Below are positions 1 through 9,514 of a DNA stretch of 32,000 nucleotides, one piece after another. Source of the stretch: Pseudomonadota bacterium (lineage in GTDB: Bacteria; Pseudomonadota; Gammaproteobacteria; Pseudomonadales; Oceanobacteraceae); contig JAIXHJ010000003.1 in the NCBI GenBank assembly GCA_030145845.1, positions 92,426-124,425 of the forward strand, written 5' to 3'. The position numbers were made by a program, and so were the translations under genes. Every line of letters begins with the position of its first letter. Position 1 is the stretch's first letter. The notes under the pieces are model-generated. The model did no database searches, was not told where the DNA came from, and was given only the letters and a program-made list of their open reading frames with translations.

Positions 1-176
1 GCCACCGGCACCCTGTGAGCGGATGGCGCTCATGTCGATATCGCTGAAGGGAATCTGTACGCTGTTGCTGATAAACAGCGGGTCCGTTATGTCGTTCATG
101 GCAGCTGGTGGTTACGGATGGCCGGCCAAGGCTACCCCTTGTGCGGCGCTATTTCAAAGTGCGCCGCACAATGGCC

Positions 177-833
177 TCAGCGGACCGGGACGTCGGCCAG
201 ATAAAAGGCAATGGCCCAGAAATGACAGAAACCACCGCCGATGACAAACAGATGCCAGATTTCGTGGAAACCAAACCATTTCGGCCAGGGGTCCGGCCAT
301 TTAGTGGCGTAAATCACGGCACCGATGGTGTAGCTGATACCGCCATAGGCGATCCAGCGCAGGGCATCGGCCGGGATCTGATCCACCACCGGCCAGACGA
401 ACACGACCAGCCAGCCCATCAGCACATAAATCACGGTTGAAAACCAGCGTGGCGCACTGATCCATACCACCTTAAGAATCACACCGGTGACCGCCAGTCC
501 CCATACCACACCAAACAGCCACCAACCGGTGGGACCGTTCAGCGGTACCAGACAGATGGGCGTATAAGTGCCGGCAATCAGCAGGAAGATGGCCATGTGG
601 TCGACCCGCTTCAGCCACTGAATCACTGCATCGGAGGCGTGAATCAGGTGATATACCGTGCTGCTGGTAAACATCACCAGCAGGGTGGCGCCGAAGATCA
701 TAAAAGACACCATATGCCAGACCCCACCATGGATGGCGGCCTGAGCGGCCAGGATGCACAGTGCCACAATGGCGAATACGGCTCCGGCAAGATGAGTCAG
801 ACCACTGATCGGATCGCGGAAAACTTTGTGCAT
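177..833 (-). CDS. Hemolysin III family (TrhA/YqfA-like) seven-TM membrane protein
   Basis: Within ORF 177..1304(-), the product proper starts at ATG 831-833: [28 protein letters not shown]...[38 protein letters not shown]...[33 protein letters not shown] and the C-terminal H/W motifs are typical of the family. The upstream ORF extension is not gene-like. Confidence 0.93.
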   Translation of the reverse strand: MHKVFRDPISGLTHLAGAVFAIVALCILAAQAAIHGGVWHMVSFMIFGATLLVMFTSSTVYHLIHASDAVIQWLKRVDHMAIFLLIAGTYTPICLVPLNGPTGWWLFGVVWGLAVTGVILKVVWISAPRWFSTVIYVLMGWLVVFVWPVVDQIPADALRWIAYGGISYTIGAVIYATKWPDPWPKWFGFHEIWHLFVIGGGFCHFWAIAFYLADVPVR

Positions 834-902
834 ACAGGGCTTAACCTCTTTATCAACAGGACGGTACGATACGGTTTTCTGTATTTTCAACAAGGTAGAA
901 TT

Positions 903-1217
903 ATGTCCGCCACAGCAGCAAAGGCCGGACAGGCTGAGGATGATAGCTGGAACCTGTATCTGATCAGAACCCGTCAGGGCAGTCTGTATTGTGGCATCAG
1001 CAAAGATGTTGCACGGCGTTTCCGCGAGCATACCGCCGGTGGGGCAAAGTGCGCGCGGGCCCTGCGTGGACGAGGCCCGTTGCAGCTGGTGTTCAGCTGC
1101 CGGGCGGGCAGCCACCGCCGGGCGTTGCAACTCGAATACCGCGTCAAACAACTGAGTAAAGCGGCCAAAGAAGCCCTGATCCGGGGCGATACCGGGCTGC
1201 CTCAGCTGGATGTTTAG
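903..1217 (+). CDS. GIY-YIG nuclease superfamily protein (YhbQ-like)
   Basis: [64 protein letters not shown]...[20 protein letters not shown]; single-domain GIY-YIG with the typical R-x3-H and E residues. Start chosen at 903, not at the track start 597, which overlaps the opposite gene. Confidence 0.9.
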   Translation: MSATAAKAGQAEDDSWNLYLIRTRQGSLYCGISKDVARRFREHTAGGAKCARALRGRGPLQLVFSCRAGSHRRALQLEYRVKQLSKAAKEALIRGDTGLPQLDV

Positions 1218-1369
1218 CACTGCAGTTGTTCCGTTATGGAAACAATTATCCTCTCCTTTCAGGCCAGGGCTGCGCGGTGACGCTATTCTGAAACTATGGT
1301 ACAAACAAGGCGTGTCGGCCGGCGTCTGTCCGGTTGCCGGAAAAATAATAAAAAAAGGTATCCGTTCTC

Positions 1370-3475
1370 ATGCGTCTTTTTCCGTTGCTGCGGCGGCTGT
1401 TGCCGGCCTGGTCGTTGCTGTTGTTATCTGCCTGTGCTGCGACGCAGGAAATTGTGGTAGAGCAGCCTGAGGCTGCGGCGCTGCCGGCGTCCGGCACCGC
1501 CACGGCCTGGGCCGTGGCGGTGGATATCACGCCGCCGCCGGGTATGCCGATGGGCGGTTATTCGGTGATGGCCAACCGCGGTAAGGGGTTCCGCACCCGC
1601 ATCAAGGCGCGGGTGGTGTATCTGAATGATGGCCGCGGTCAGTCGCTGGCGCTGGTGCAGACGGATCTGACCGCCGCTTCTCTGCTGCTGCATCATGAGG
1701 TGGCGGCGCGGGTGGCGGCGAGCACGGGTCTGCGCCCGGCGGACATTGCCATTACCGCAAGTCACAGCCATTCGGCGCCGGTGAATTTCTTCGATAACGA
1801 CTTTTATAACAAGCATACGTCCAGTGGTCAGTGGCTGGAGCCCGGTTTCCTGACTTTCGTCGCTGAGCAGATTGCTGATGGCATTGTACAGGCGTATGAG
1901 CAGCGCCGGCCGGCCATGATTGCCACTGGCAAAAAGGATATTTATGGCTATAACCGCAACCGCTCACTGGATTCCTACCTGCTTAACGACAATGTGCACG
2001 GCATCCGCGCCGAGGACCCGCAGGCCAAGTTCCGTGCGGTGAACCCATCCCTGTATATGGTGCGGGTGGATGTGCGTGACGATGAGGGCGAATACCGGCC
2101 ATTGGCAGCCTTCTCCAGTTTTTCCGTGCATGCCACGGCGCTGACCGCACCAGTGGAGGTCTACAACGCCGACCTGTTTGCCTATGCGCAGAAAGATCTG
2201 GAATGGAAAATCCACGATAAATACCAGACCCCGTGGCCGGTGGTGCATGCCCTGAGTACCGGCACCCAGGGGGATATGGCGCCGGCACTGCCCGATCAGG
2301 GGGATAACTGGTTCAGCCATTTTCAGGTGAACTGGAAAGCGGCCAAAGAGGTGGGGCAGGGCATTGGCGCTGAAGCCATCAGCCTGTTTGAAGCGCTGCA
2401 GCCTGAGCTGACTGCCGATGTGCAGCTGGCGGCTGCTGCCAGAGAGGTGAATATCCGCGAACACAACCGCGCCGGAGACGTGGAGATCTGTCACGATGCG
2501 GCGGTCGGTAACCCGGTGGCGGCCGGTGCTTATGAACGGCGTACCCCCTGGCTGACGGCGCTGCCCTTCTTTCATGGCGGGAATCTGATGGCACGGCGCT
2601 GGTGGTTCTTTACCTCCGGCTGTCAGGGCAATAAACGTCATCTGGGGTTTTCATTCCTGCAGCCGTTACTGGAGCCGAAAGACAGCTTTCCCGATACCGT
2701 GCTGTTCCAGCTGCTGAAAATCAACGATATGGCCGTGCTGCCGCTGCCGTTTGAGGCCACCACCGAATCCGGCCGCCGTATCAGTGAACGGGTAGCGCAG
2801 ACATTCCGCGATGCCGGTGAAGCCCTGCAATACGTCTGGGTGGCCAGCAATGCCAACGGTTATTTCGGTTACACCACCACCCCGGAAGAATACGCCCGGC
2901 AGAACTATGAGGGCGGGCATACCTTGTACGGCCGTAATTCCACCCCCTATCTGACGGAGCAGCTGGGCCAGCTGGCGGGCGATTATCTGCAGCAGGGGCC
3001 ACTGCAGGAGCTGCAGCAGGAATGGCGCTATGAGCTGAAAGTGAATGATTTCCTGCCGCCACCTGTCCACAGTGAAGGCCGCCGCCACTGGCTGGGGCAG
3101 CCGCTGAGTTACCGTGCGGAAAAAGCCACAGAGGAGGATTACATCGCCCTGCGCTGGGTGGATGTGGCGCCGGCGGCTATCCGTCTGCATGAGCCGCTGG
3201 TGCGGGTGGAAAGCGACACTGACGGTGAGTGGCAGCTGCTGCGGGTTAATGGCGAGCCGGTTGATGATGATGGCTACGATATCGAAGTCCGTTATCTGCA
3301 TGACAGCGGTGACGGTATGGCAGAGTATGAAGCGCGCTGGTACAACCCGCTGGCCGGTGGCAATTACCGTATGGTCATCGCGCCACGGGGCGGGCAGAGC
3401 GCGCTGATTTCAGCGCTGTTCCGCTGGCAGGAGGGCGCCGGTGGCAGCCTGGTCAGTCTGATACCGGCGGACTGA
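1370..3475 (+). CDS. Neutral/alkaline non-lysosomal ceramidase-family protein, predicted lipoprotein
   Basis: Lipobox LLLLSAC near the N-terminus; TPPPGMPMGGY, RIKARVVYL, ALVQTDLTA, ADIAITASHSHSAP, SSFSVHATALTAP, STGTQGDMAP are ceramidase-family-like blocks; C-terminal beta domain. RBS-like AAGGTA upstream. Confidence 0.82.
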   Translation: MRLFPLLRRLLPAWSLLLLSACAATQEIVVEQPEAAALPASGTATAWAVAVDITPPPGMPMGGYSVMANRGKGFRTRIKARVVYLNDGRGQSLALVQTDLTAASLLLHHEVAARVAASTGLRPADIAITASHSHSAPVNFFDNDFYNKHTSSGQWLEPGFLTFVAEQIADGIVQAYEQRRPAMIATGKKDIYGYNRNRSLDSYLLNDNVHGIRAEDPQAKFRAVNPSLYMVRVDVRDDEGEYRPLAAFSSFSVHATALTAPVEVYNADLFAYAQKDLEWKIHDKYQTPWPVVHALSTGTQGDMAPALPDQGDNWFSHFQVNWKAAKEVGQGIGAEAISLFEALQPELTADVQLAAAAREVNIREHNRAGDVEICHDAAVGNPVAAGAYERRTPWLTALPFFHGGNLMARRWWFFTSGCQGNKRHLGFSFLQPLLEPKDSFPDTVLFQLLKINDMAVLPLPFEATTESGRRISERVAQTFRDAGEALQYVWVASNANGYFGYTTTPEEYARQNYEGGHTLYGRNSTPYLTEQLGQLAGDYLQQGPLQELQQEWRYELKVNDFLPPPVHSEGRRHWLGQPLSYRAEKATEEDYIALRWVDVAPAAIRLHEPLVRVESDTDGEWQLLRVNGEPVDDDGYDIEVRYLHDSGDGMAEYEARWYNPLAGGNYRMVIAPRGGQSALISALFRWQEGAGGSLVSLIPAD

Positions 3476-3606
3476 GCGTCCGGCAGAGCAGGCTCTGGCC
3501 GACAGATGCCTGCTTTGTTACAGGATTGTCATATTCTTCCTTTAATTTTGGCGCCCCTGTTAAGTAGAATGACCCGCTGATCAGATCAGGGACTACAAGC
3601 ATCATC

Positions 3607-4377
3607 ATGTTTAAAGCCATTTGGGCGGCCCGTTGGTATGTGTTACTGGGCTTCTTCACATTCGTTATCGTTCTCGCCGTTAATACTCCTCTGCATTTCG
3701 TCTGGGGCTACGTTAAACCGCAGCTGGGGCGACTGCCTGTCCAGGTTGACCAGATTACCGGCACCGTCTGGGACGGCTCTGCGCGCCTGCGGGTCCCCAG
3801 GCTGAACAGCCTGGGCCCACTGGATGTCCGCTGGCAGCTGAGCCCTGTGGGCCTGCTGGGCGGTCAGGCGGATCTGGATGTGCACCTCAGTGGCAATGGC
3901 GTACGGCTCGATAGCGCCGCGTCTGTGGGCCTGAATCAGGTGCTGACACTGAGCGATGCCAGTGGTTATCTGGATGCTGCGGTGATTGCCCCGTTACTGA
4001 AACGGAACCGCGTGAATATTGCCGGCAGTTTTGAACTCAGCCAGCTGAATACCACGCTGGACACCAGCGCCGGGAATATTCAGGCACTGAGTGGCCGGCT
4101 GGTGTACAGCGGTGGTGCGATCGGTTTTCCGGTCAATAACAAGCCGGTTTCTGCGACCATGCCGGTGGTGGTGGGTGTGCTGGGAATGGATGGTGATAAA
4201 GCCGTTATTGATGCCGCCACCACGGATAATCTGCCGCTGATGCAGGGCTATATGCAGGCCGATGGCTGGGGCGGCGTGTCTATCCGCCGACGTTTCCTTG
4301 ATGTGCTGGGGCAGCAGTGGCCGAACCCGGCAGAAGAAGACACGGTTATTTTTGAAGTGTCTCATAAGGTTCTGTAA
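3607..4377 (+). CDS. gspN: Type II secretion system protein N
   Basis: MFKAIWAARWYVLLGFFTFVIVLAVNTPLHFVWGYVKP...QVDQITGTVWDGSARLRV...PLDVRWQLSP; classic GspN N-terminus, upstream of gspC/gspD. Confidence 0.88.
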   Translation: MFKAIWAARWYVLLGFFTFVIVLAVNTPLHFVWGYVKPQLGRLPVQVDQITGTVWDGSARLRVPRLNSLGPLDVRWQLSPVGLLGGQADLDVHLSGNGVRLDSAASVGLNQVLTLSDASGYLDAAVIAPLLKRNRVNIAGSFELSQLNTTLDTSAGNIQALSGRLVYSGGAIGFPVNNKPVSATMPVVVGVLGMDGDKAVIDAATTDNLPLMQGYMQADGWGGVSIRRRFLDVLGQQWPNPAEEDTVIFEVSHKVL

Positions 4378-4409
4378 CCTTGAGCGCCTTGTAAACGGAG
4401 TATGACGCT

Positions 4410-5264
4410 TTGGCTGAACAGTTAGCAGAGTTAACAGGCTGGCAGCGCTTGTCGCTGGTGCTGGGTAAGACAGTACTTACCCTGCTGATTGCCACCCAGC
4501 TGGCCTGGCTGACCTGGCTGATTATTGCCCCGGAACCCCTGGTTCTGCGCGCGCCGGCCAAAGGACAGGTGGCTGAGGACAGTGCGGCGACTGCCGGTAC
4601 CGGTCAGTACCACCTGTTTGGTGATTACACGGCGGCACCGGTGGAGGAAGTACCACAGGAAGTTGAAGCACCGGATACCCGTCTGCGTCTTGAATTGCTG
4701 GGCGTTACCCGCTCCTCACGCAACGAATTGTCGTCTGCGATTATTGCGCCGAAGGGTGGCGCCGGTGATTTTTACCGGATCGGCGATGTGGTGCAGGGTC
4801 GTACCCGGCTGGCGGCGGTTTATGACGACAAGGTGATTCTGGATACCAACGGTAAGCTGGAAACCCTGAAGTTTGATGAAGAGTCCAAACGGGGGCTGGA
4901 AGCCCGGGCAGTCCAGGCACCGGAGCCGGACAGCTCCATACGTGACCGCTTCAAAGAGGTCCGTAATCCGACCGATTTTATGAATCTGGTGAATGAAGAA
5001 GCCGCGTCCGACCCGGAAGGGGCTCTGCGTGAAATGGGGCTGAAAGCAGCCGGGCCGGGGCAGGGTTATGTGGTGCAGAAAGGCTCAATGCTGACGGCGC
5101 TGCAGCTGCAGCCGGGCGATATCGTACTGTCAGTGAATGGTCAGCCGCTGGGGGATCCACAGTCGGATCAGCAGATTCTGCAGCAGGTGACAGAAGAAGG
5201 TAATGCCCGCATTGAAGTGCAGCGGGGTAACAGTCGTTTTGTCGTCAATCACAGTCTGAATTAA
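4410..5264 (+). CDS. gspC: Type II secretion system protein C (inner membrane, PDZ-like C-terminus)
   Basis: N-terminal TM segment, RLRLELLGVTRSSRNELSSAIIAPKGGAGDFYRIGDVV...RTRLAAVYDDKVILDTNGKLETLKF, C-terminal LQPGDIVLSVNGQPL. Apparent TTG start. Confidence 0.9.
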   Translation: MAEQLAELTGWQRLSLVLGKTVLTLLIATQLAWLTWLIIAPEPLVLRAPAKGQVAEDSAATAGTGQYHLFGDYTAAPVEEVPQEVEAPDTRLRLELLGVTRSSRNELSSAIIAPKGGAGDFYRIGDVVQGRTRLAAVYDDKVILDTNGKLETLKFDEESKRGLEARAVQAPEPDSSIRDRFKEVRNPTDFMNLVNEEAASDPEGALREMGLKAAGPGQGYVVQKGSMLTALQLQPGDIVLSVNGQPLGDPQSDQQILQQVTEEGNARIEVQRGNSRFVVNHSLN

Positions 5265-5276
5265 AAGGAAATAAGT

Positions 5277-7184
5277 GTGTTTAAGCAGTGGGCATTCCTG
5301 TTCTTAATGTTTATCAGCGCCGGTGTTCAGGCTGCGGCCAAGGATAACTGGCAGATCAATATGAAGGACGCTGACATCGGCGCCTTTATCAGTCAGGTAG
5401 CGGATATTACCGGCCGCAGTTTTGTCGTTGACCCCAGGGTCAAAGGCAAGATCAATGTGTTGTCCAGCGAGCCGATGGATCAGGAAGGTGTGTATGAACT
5501 CTTCCTGTCCGTACTGCAGGTGCAGGGCTATGCGGCTGTACCGGCGGGGAATGTCACTCTGATTGTGCAGCAGAATGACGTCAAACAGGCCGGACGTGAC
5601 CTGAATGACAGTTACCCGGATGGCAGTCAGGAACTGCTCACCAAAGTCATTATGATCAAAAATACCCCGGCGCTGGATCTGGTGCCTATCCTGCGTCCGC
5701 TGGTGGCCAAATATGGTCATCTGGCCGGGGTGAAATCCGCGAATGCGCTGATTATTTCTGATCACGCGGCCAATATCAGCCGCATCGAACAGATTATTGA
5801 CCGGCTGGATAAATCCGGCAGTGAAGAACTGGAAGTGATTCAGCTGAAGGAAGCCTGGGTCGGTAATGTAGTGACCATGCTGCAGAATCTGGACCCGTCC
5901 AGGGTGGCGCAGGGTGCTTCCGCCAATGCCGCTGAAAATACCGCCGGTTCCATCCGCGTAGTGGCGGACGAGCGCAGTAACCGCCTGATTATCAAAGGCG
6001 AGAAAAGTGCGCGTGAGCGTATCCGCAAGCTGATTGAAGAGCTGGATCAGCCATCCTATTTCTCCGGTGCCGCCAAGGTTATCCGTCTGCAGTATGCGGA
6101 TGCCACCAAGCTGGCCGAAATGCTGAAAAATCTGCTTTCTGAAAGCACAACAACGGCTGAGAAAGAAGAGCAGCAGGTAAAAGGTTCGGTCGGGATTTAT
6201 GCCGATGAAGAACTGAATGCGCTGGTGGTGCGTGCTGAACCGTCGGTGATGAAAGAAGTCGAGGAACTGGTGAATTCACTGGATGTACGCCGGGCTCAGG
6301 TGCTGATCGAATCGGCGATTGTTGAAATCAGCGGCGACATTAATGATGCCCTTGGTGTGCAGTGGCTGTTCGGTGATCTGGATAATCCGGTTGCGGCGAC
6401 CAACTTCTCTGACGCCGGTACCTCACTGGCCGGTATTGCAACCTCGGTTGCCAGTGGCGATTACACCGATGCCATCAGCAATGGTCTGACGCTGGGCGGC
6501 TACAGTGAAATCAACGGTGAAGTCAGTTTTGGTGCCATCCTGCAGGCACTGAAAAGTAACTCCCATACGAACCTGTTGTCGACCCCGAGCATCATGACGC
6601 TGGATAACCAGGAAGCGGAAATTGTAGTGGGCCAGAATGTACCTTTCCTCACCGGCTCAACCGCATCCAGCAGCAACAGCAATCCGTTTACCACCATTAC
6701 CCGGGAAGATGTGGGTATCACCCTGAAAGTGAAACCCCATATTCATGATGGTGAAGCCATCCGTCTGGAAGTGGAAGCAACGGCGGAGTCAGTTTCCTCG
6801 ACTACCGTTGCCGGCAGTGCGGACCTGATCACCAATAAACGCTCCATCAAAACCATGATTCTGTCGGATGATCAGGAAACCATTGTACTGGGTGGACTGA
6901 TCCGTGATGACGTGACAGAGACTGAAAGCAAGGTGCCGCTGCTGGGCGATATTCCGCTGCTGGGCTGGCTGTTTAAATCCAAGTCCAAAAGCCATACCAA
7001 AAACAATATGATGGTTTTCCTGCGCCCGACGATTGTTGATAACCCGGGTAAAGCGAAGGAACTGACGCACGATAAATTCAATGGTATCTGGGAATTCAGT
7101 GTGTCGGACCAGCTGGGTGCCGAGGATATCAACAACCGCCTGAATCTGTTGTTTGACGGCTTACCGATCAAGCGCGAAGACTGA
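5277..7184 (+). CDS. gspD: Type II secretion system secretin
   Basis: NWQINMKDADIGAFISQVADITGRSFVVDPRVKGKINVLSSEPM, N-domain repeats, VESAIVEISGDINDALGVQW-type segment, VGQNVPFLTGS, NLLSTPSIMTLDNQEAEIVVGQ, secretin C-terminus GGLIRDDVTETESKVPLLGDIPLLGWLFKSKS. GTG start. Confidence 0.97.
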   Translation: MFKQWAFLFLMFISAGVQAAAKDNWQINMKDADIGAFISQVADITGRSFVVDPRVKGKINVLSSEPMDQEGVYELFLSVLQVQGYAAVPAGNVTLIVQQNDVKQAGRDLNDSYPDGSQELLTKVIMIKNTPALDLVPILRPLVAKYGHLAGVKSANALIISDHAANISRIEQIIDRLDKSGSEELEVIQLKEAWVGNVVTMLQNLDPSRVAQGASANAAENTAGSIRVVADERSNRLIIKGEKSARERIRKLIEELDQPSYFSGAAKVIRLQYADATKLAEMLKNLLSESTTTAEKEEQQVKGSVGIYADEELNALVVRAEPSVMKEVEELVNSLDVRRAQVLIESAIVEISGDINDALGVQWLFGDLDNPVAATNFSDAGTSLAGIATSVASGDYTDAISNGLTLGGYSEINGEVSFGAILQALKSNSHTNLLSTPSIMTLDNQEAEIVVGQNVPFLTGSTASSSNSNPFTTITREDVGITLKVKPHIHDGEAIRLEVEATAESVSSTTVAGSADLITNKRSIKTMILSDDQETIVLGGLIRDDVTETESKVPLLGDIPLLGWLFKSKSKSHTKNNMMVFLRPTIVDNPGKAKELTHDKFNGIWEFSVSDQLGAEDINNRLNLLFDGLPIKRED

Positions 7185-7187
7185 GAA

Positions 7188-7218
7188 TAAAAAAATCCCC
7201 GTCAGGGGATTTTTTTAT
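7188..7218. terminator. Rho-independent (bidirectional) terminator between gspD and maf
   Basis: AAAAAAATCCCC-GTCA-GGGGATTTTTTT: GC stem with A-tract/T-tract flanks between convergent genes. Confidence 0.88.
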
Positions 7219-7799
7219 TGTGCGTACTGCAGTGGTGGCATGCCGGCAGCCATCATCAGATCCGTCAGGCCGATCAGCGGCAGGCCAACCAGGCTGTTGA
7301 TGTCGCGGCCTTCCAGTCGTTCAAACAGGGTAATGCCCAGACCTTCCACCTTAAAGCTGCCGGCACAGTCGAGTGGCTGTTCCAGTTCCACGTAGCGGCT
7401 GACCTGGGCGGCCGTCAGTTCGCGGAAATGCACACTGAAGGGCTCACACAGCGTCCATTGTTGTCCGTACGGCGCCTGCAGGCACAGCCCGGTCAGAAAG
7501 CTGACCGTCTGACCGCTGGCGGCCAGCAACTGGTTCACGGCATTTTCAGCATTGCCGGGTTTGCCACAGATACGGCCGTTGAGCACGCTGGTCTGATCAC
7601 TGCCGATAATCCAGTAATCCGGGTATTCAGGCCGCAGTGCAGCCGCTTTTTCAGCTGCCAGACGCACAACATAGTCCTGCGCTGTTTCGTCCGGGTGGGG
7701 CGTTTCATCAATATCGGGTGAACGGAACGCAAACGGAATGCGCAGCCGCTGCAGCAGTTCACGGCGGTAAGGGGAGCCAGAGGCAAGAAGCAGTTTCAT
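7215..7799 (-). CDS. Maf-family nucleoside triphosphate pyrophosphatase (YceF-like)
   Basis: MKLLLASGSPYRRELLQRL...FRSPDIDETPHPDETAQDYVVRLAAEKA...IIGSDQTSVLNG...GKPGNAENAVNQLLAASGQTVSFLTGL; Maf motifs. Start at the internal ATG 7797-7799. Confidence 0.94.
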   Translation of the reverse strand: MKLLLASGSPYRRELLQRLRIPFAFRSPDIDETPHPDETAQDYVVRLAAEKAAALRPEYPDYWIIGSDQTSVLNGRICGKPGNAENAVNQLLAASGQTVSFLTGLCLQAPYGQQWTLCEPFSVHFRELTAAQVSRYVELEQPLDCAGSFKVEGLGITLFERLEGRDINSLVGLPLIGLTDLMMAAGMPPLQYAQ

Positions 7800-7820
7800 A
7801 AACACTCAAAAACAGTCATA

Positions 7821-7850
7821 AAAAAACCGGGCGCAAGCCCGGTTTCTTTT
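7821..7850. terminator. Rho-independent terminator between sodB and maf
   Basis: AAAAAACCGGGC-GCAA-GCCCGGTTTCTTTT. Confidence 0.85.
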
Positions 7851-7867
7851 TACCACACCAGACAGGA

Positions 7868-8449
7868 TCAGGCGGCGAAGTTTTCGTTCGCGAAGTCCCA
7901 GTTAACCAGAGCCCAGAAAGCTTTCAGGTAATCAGGACGGACATTGCGGTAATCGATGTAGTAAGCGTGTTCCCACACGTCAACTGTCAGTACCGGAGTC
8001 AGACCTTCAGTGATCGGCGTGCCGGCATTGGAGGTGTTAACGATATCCAGGGAACCGTCGGCTTTTTTCACCAGCCAGGTCCAGCCGGAACCGAAGTTGT
8101 TCACAGCCATGTCGTTCAGTTTGGCCTGGAAGTCAGCGAAAGAACCGAAAGAAGCGTTGATGGCTTCTGCGATGGCGCCGGTTGGTTCGCCACCGCCGTT
8201 AGGGCTCAGGCTGTTCCAGTAGAAAGTGTGGTTCCACACCTGAGCAGCGTTGTTGAAAACACCGCCGGAAGAAGACTTGATGATGTCTTCCAGGGATTTG
8301 CCTTCAAACTCAGTACCTTCGATCAGACCATTCAGTTTGGTTACGTAGGTGTTGTGGTGTTTGCCGTAGTGGAATTCCAGAGTTTCGGAAGAAATGTGCG
8401 GTTGCAGAGCGTCTTTTGCGTACGGCAGGGCTGGTAATTCAAATGCCAT
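7868..8449 (-). CDS. sodB: Superoxide dismutase, Fe/Mn type (Fe-SOD like)
   Basis: [42 protein letters not shown]...[18 protein letters not shown]...FGSGWTWLV...[33 protein letters not shown]. Confidence 0.97.
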   Translation of the reverse strand: MAFELPALPYAKDALQPHISSETLEFHYGKHHNTYVTKLNGLIEGTEFEGKSLEDIIKSSSGGVFNNAAQVWNHTFYWNSLSPNGGGEPTGAIAEAINASFGSFADFQAKLNDMAVNNFGSGWTWLVKKADGSLDIVNTSNAGTPITEGLTPVLTVDVWEHAYYIDYRNVRPDYLKAFWALVNWDFANENFAA

Positions 8450-8719
8450 AGGTCATCTCCATTCAATGCTGAGTCGGGTTGCGTACAGTTGCATAGATCT
8501 GCGACCGGCTGTACTGCTGTGAGTTCAGGCCAGTCGTCTTTATCAGTCAGAGGATCATAGCACTCCGGGAAAAGTCGCGCTATTCATGAAGACTATAAGG
8601 AATTACGATGAAACGGTCCGTGCCGTCAGTTCAACGATAGCCTTCATAATTTCTCCTGACAGAGGTTGTCGTTATACTGGCCGGATAATAAAGAACGCCA
8701 GCCATTAACAGGGGCAACG

Positions 8720-9514
8720 ATGGATAAAGAAAAAGAACCGATTGTGCCGGGTATGAAGCCGTCACAGGAAGATATTGCACTGCGTCAGAAGCAGCTGGCA
8801 GCCCGCCGTGCGGCGGCCCAGCGCGCAGCAACCTCGAAGCCGCGTGCAACTCAGGCGGCGGTTGTGGCGCAGCCGCAGAAGCAGACACTGGCCATCATCG
8901 CGCTGCTGATTGCGCTGGCAATGGGTGGGCTGGCGGCGTTCAGTTTTATGCAGTTGCAGAAGGTTCAGCAGAAACTTGGTAATGCTGAAGCTATCATCCG
9001 CGATCAGGCTGACAACCTGAAAGTCCTGAATGAAAAACTGTCGGTGACCGGTGAAAACGCCAATCTGTCGGTGGATGCACTGAAGGCCATTGTGAAAGAC
9101 AATGCCAGTGAAATCCGCAAGCTGTGGGACGTTTCCAATAAACGTAACAAAGCGAACATTGCCAGCAATGAGAAAGCCATCGGTAGTGTGAAAGGCCAGC
9201 TCAGCAGTCTGCAGAAAGAGCTGAAATCCGGACTGGCAGCACAGCAGAAAAGTGTGGCCGCGGTGGAGAAAAAACTCAGTGAAAAAGAGCAGGCACTGAC
9301 CAGCCGGATCGCCCGGGTGGAAAAGGATGCGGCAAGCATCCCGGCTGAGAATCAGATCCGTATCTCGCAGAACACTGAAAACCTGCAGTTGCTGGAAGCC
9401 TCAGTACAGAAGCTGCGCAACGGTGGTGATGTCGGCGATATGAAACTGGAGATTGAAGATATTCAGATCCGTCTCGACCGTATCCAGAATGCGCTGGGTG
9501 GTACCACCCCCTGA
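8720..9514 (+). CDS. Uncharacterised single-pass membrane protein with long periplasmic coiled coil
   Basis: MDKEKEPIVPGMKPSQEDIALRQKQLAARRAAAQRAATSK... then TM LAIIALLIALAMGGLAAFSFMQL, followed by an about 200-aa K/E/Q-rich heptad-like region. RBS GGGG upstream. Confidence 0.75.
   Translation: MDKEKEPIVPGMKPSQEDIALRQKQLAARRAAAQRAATSKPRATQAAVVAQPQKQTLAIIALLIALAMGGLAAFSFMQLQKVQQKLGNAEAIIRDQADNLKVLNEKLSVTGENANLSVDALKAIVKDNASEIRKLWDVSNKRNKANIASNEKAIGSVKGQLSSLQKELKSGLAAQQKSVAAVEKKLSEKEQALTSRIARVEKDAASIPAENQIRISQNTENLQLLEASVQKLRNGGDVGDMKLEIEDIQIRLDRIQNALGGTTP

Noticed and set aside
1964-2641. 225-aa and other antisense ORFs (also 2666..3301, 9536..9970, 22822..23559, 29223..29828)
   Set aside because: All lie opposite strongly supported genes and show no recognisable protein features.
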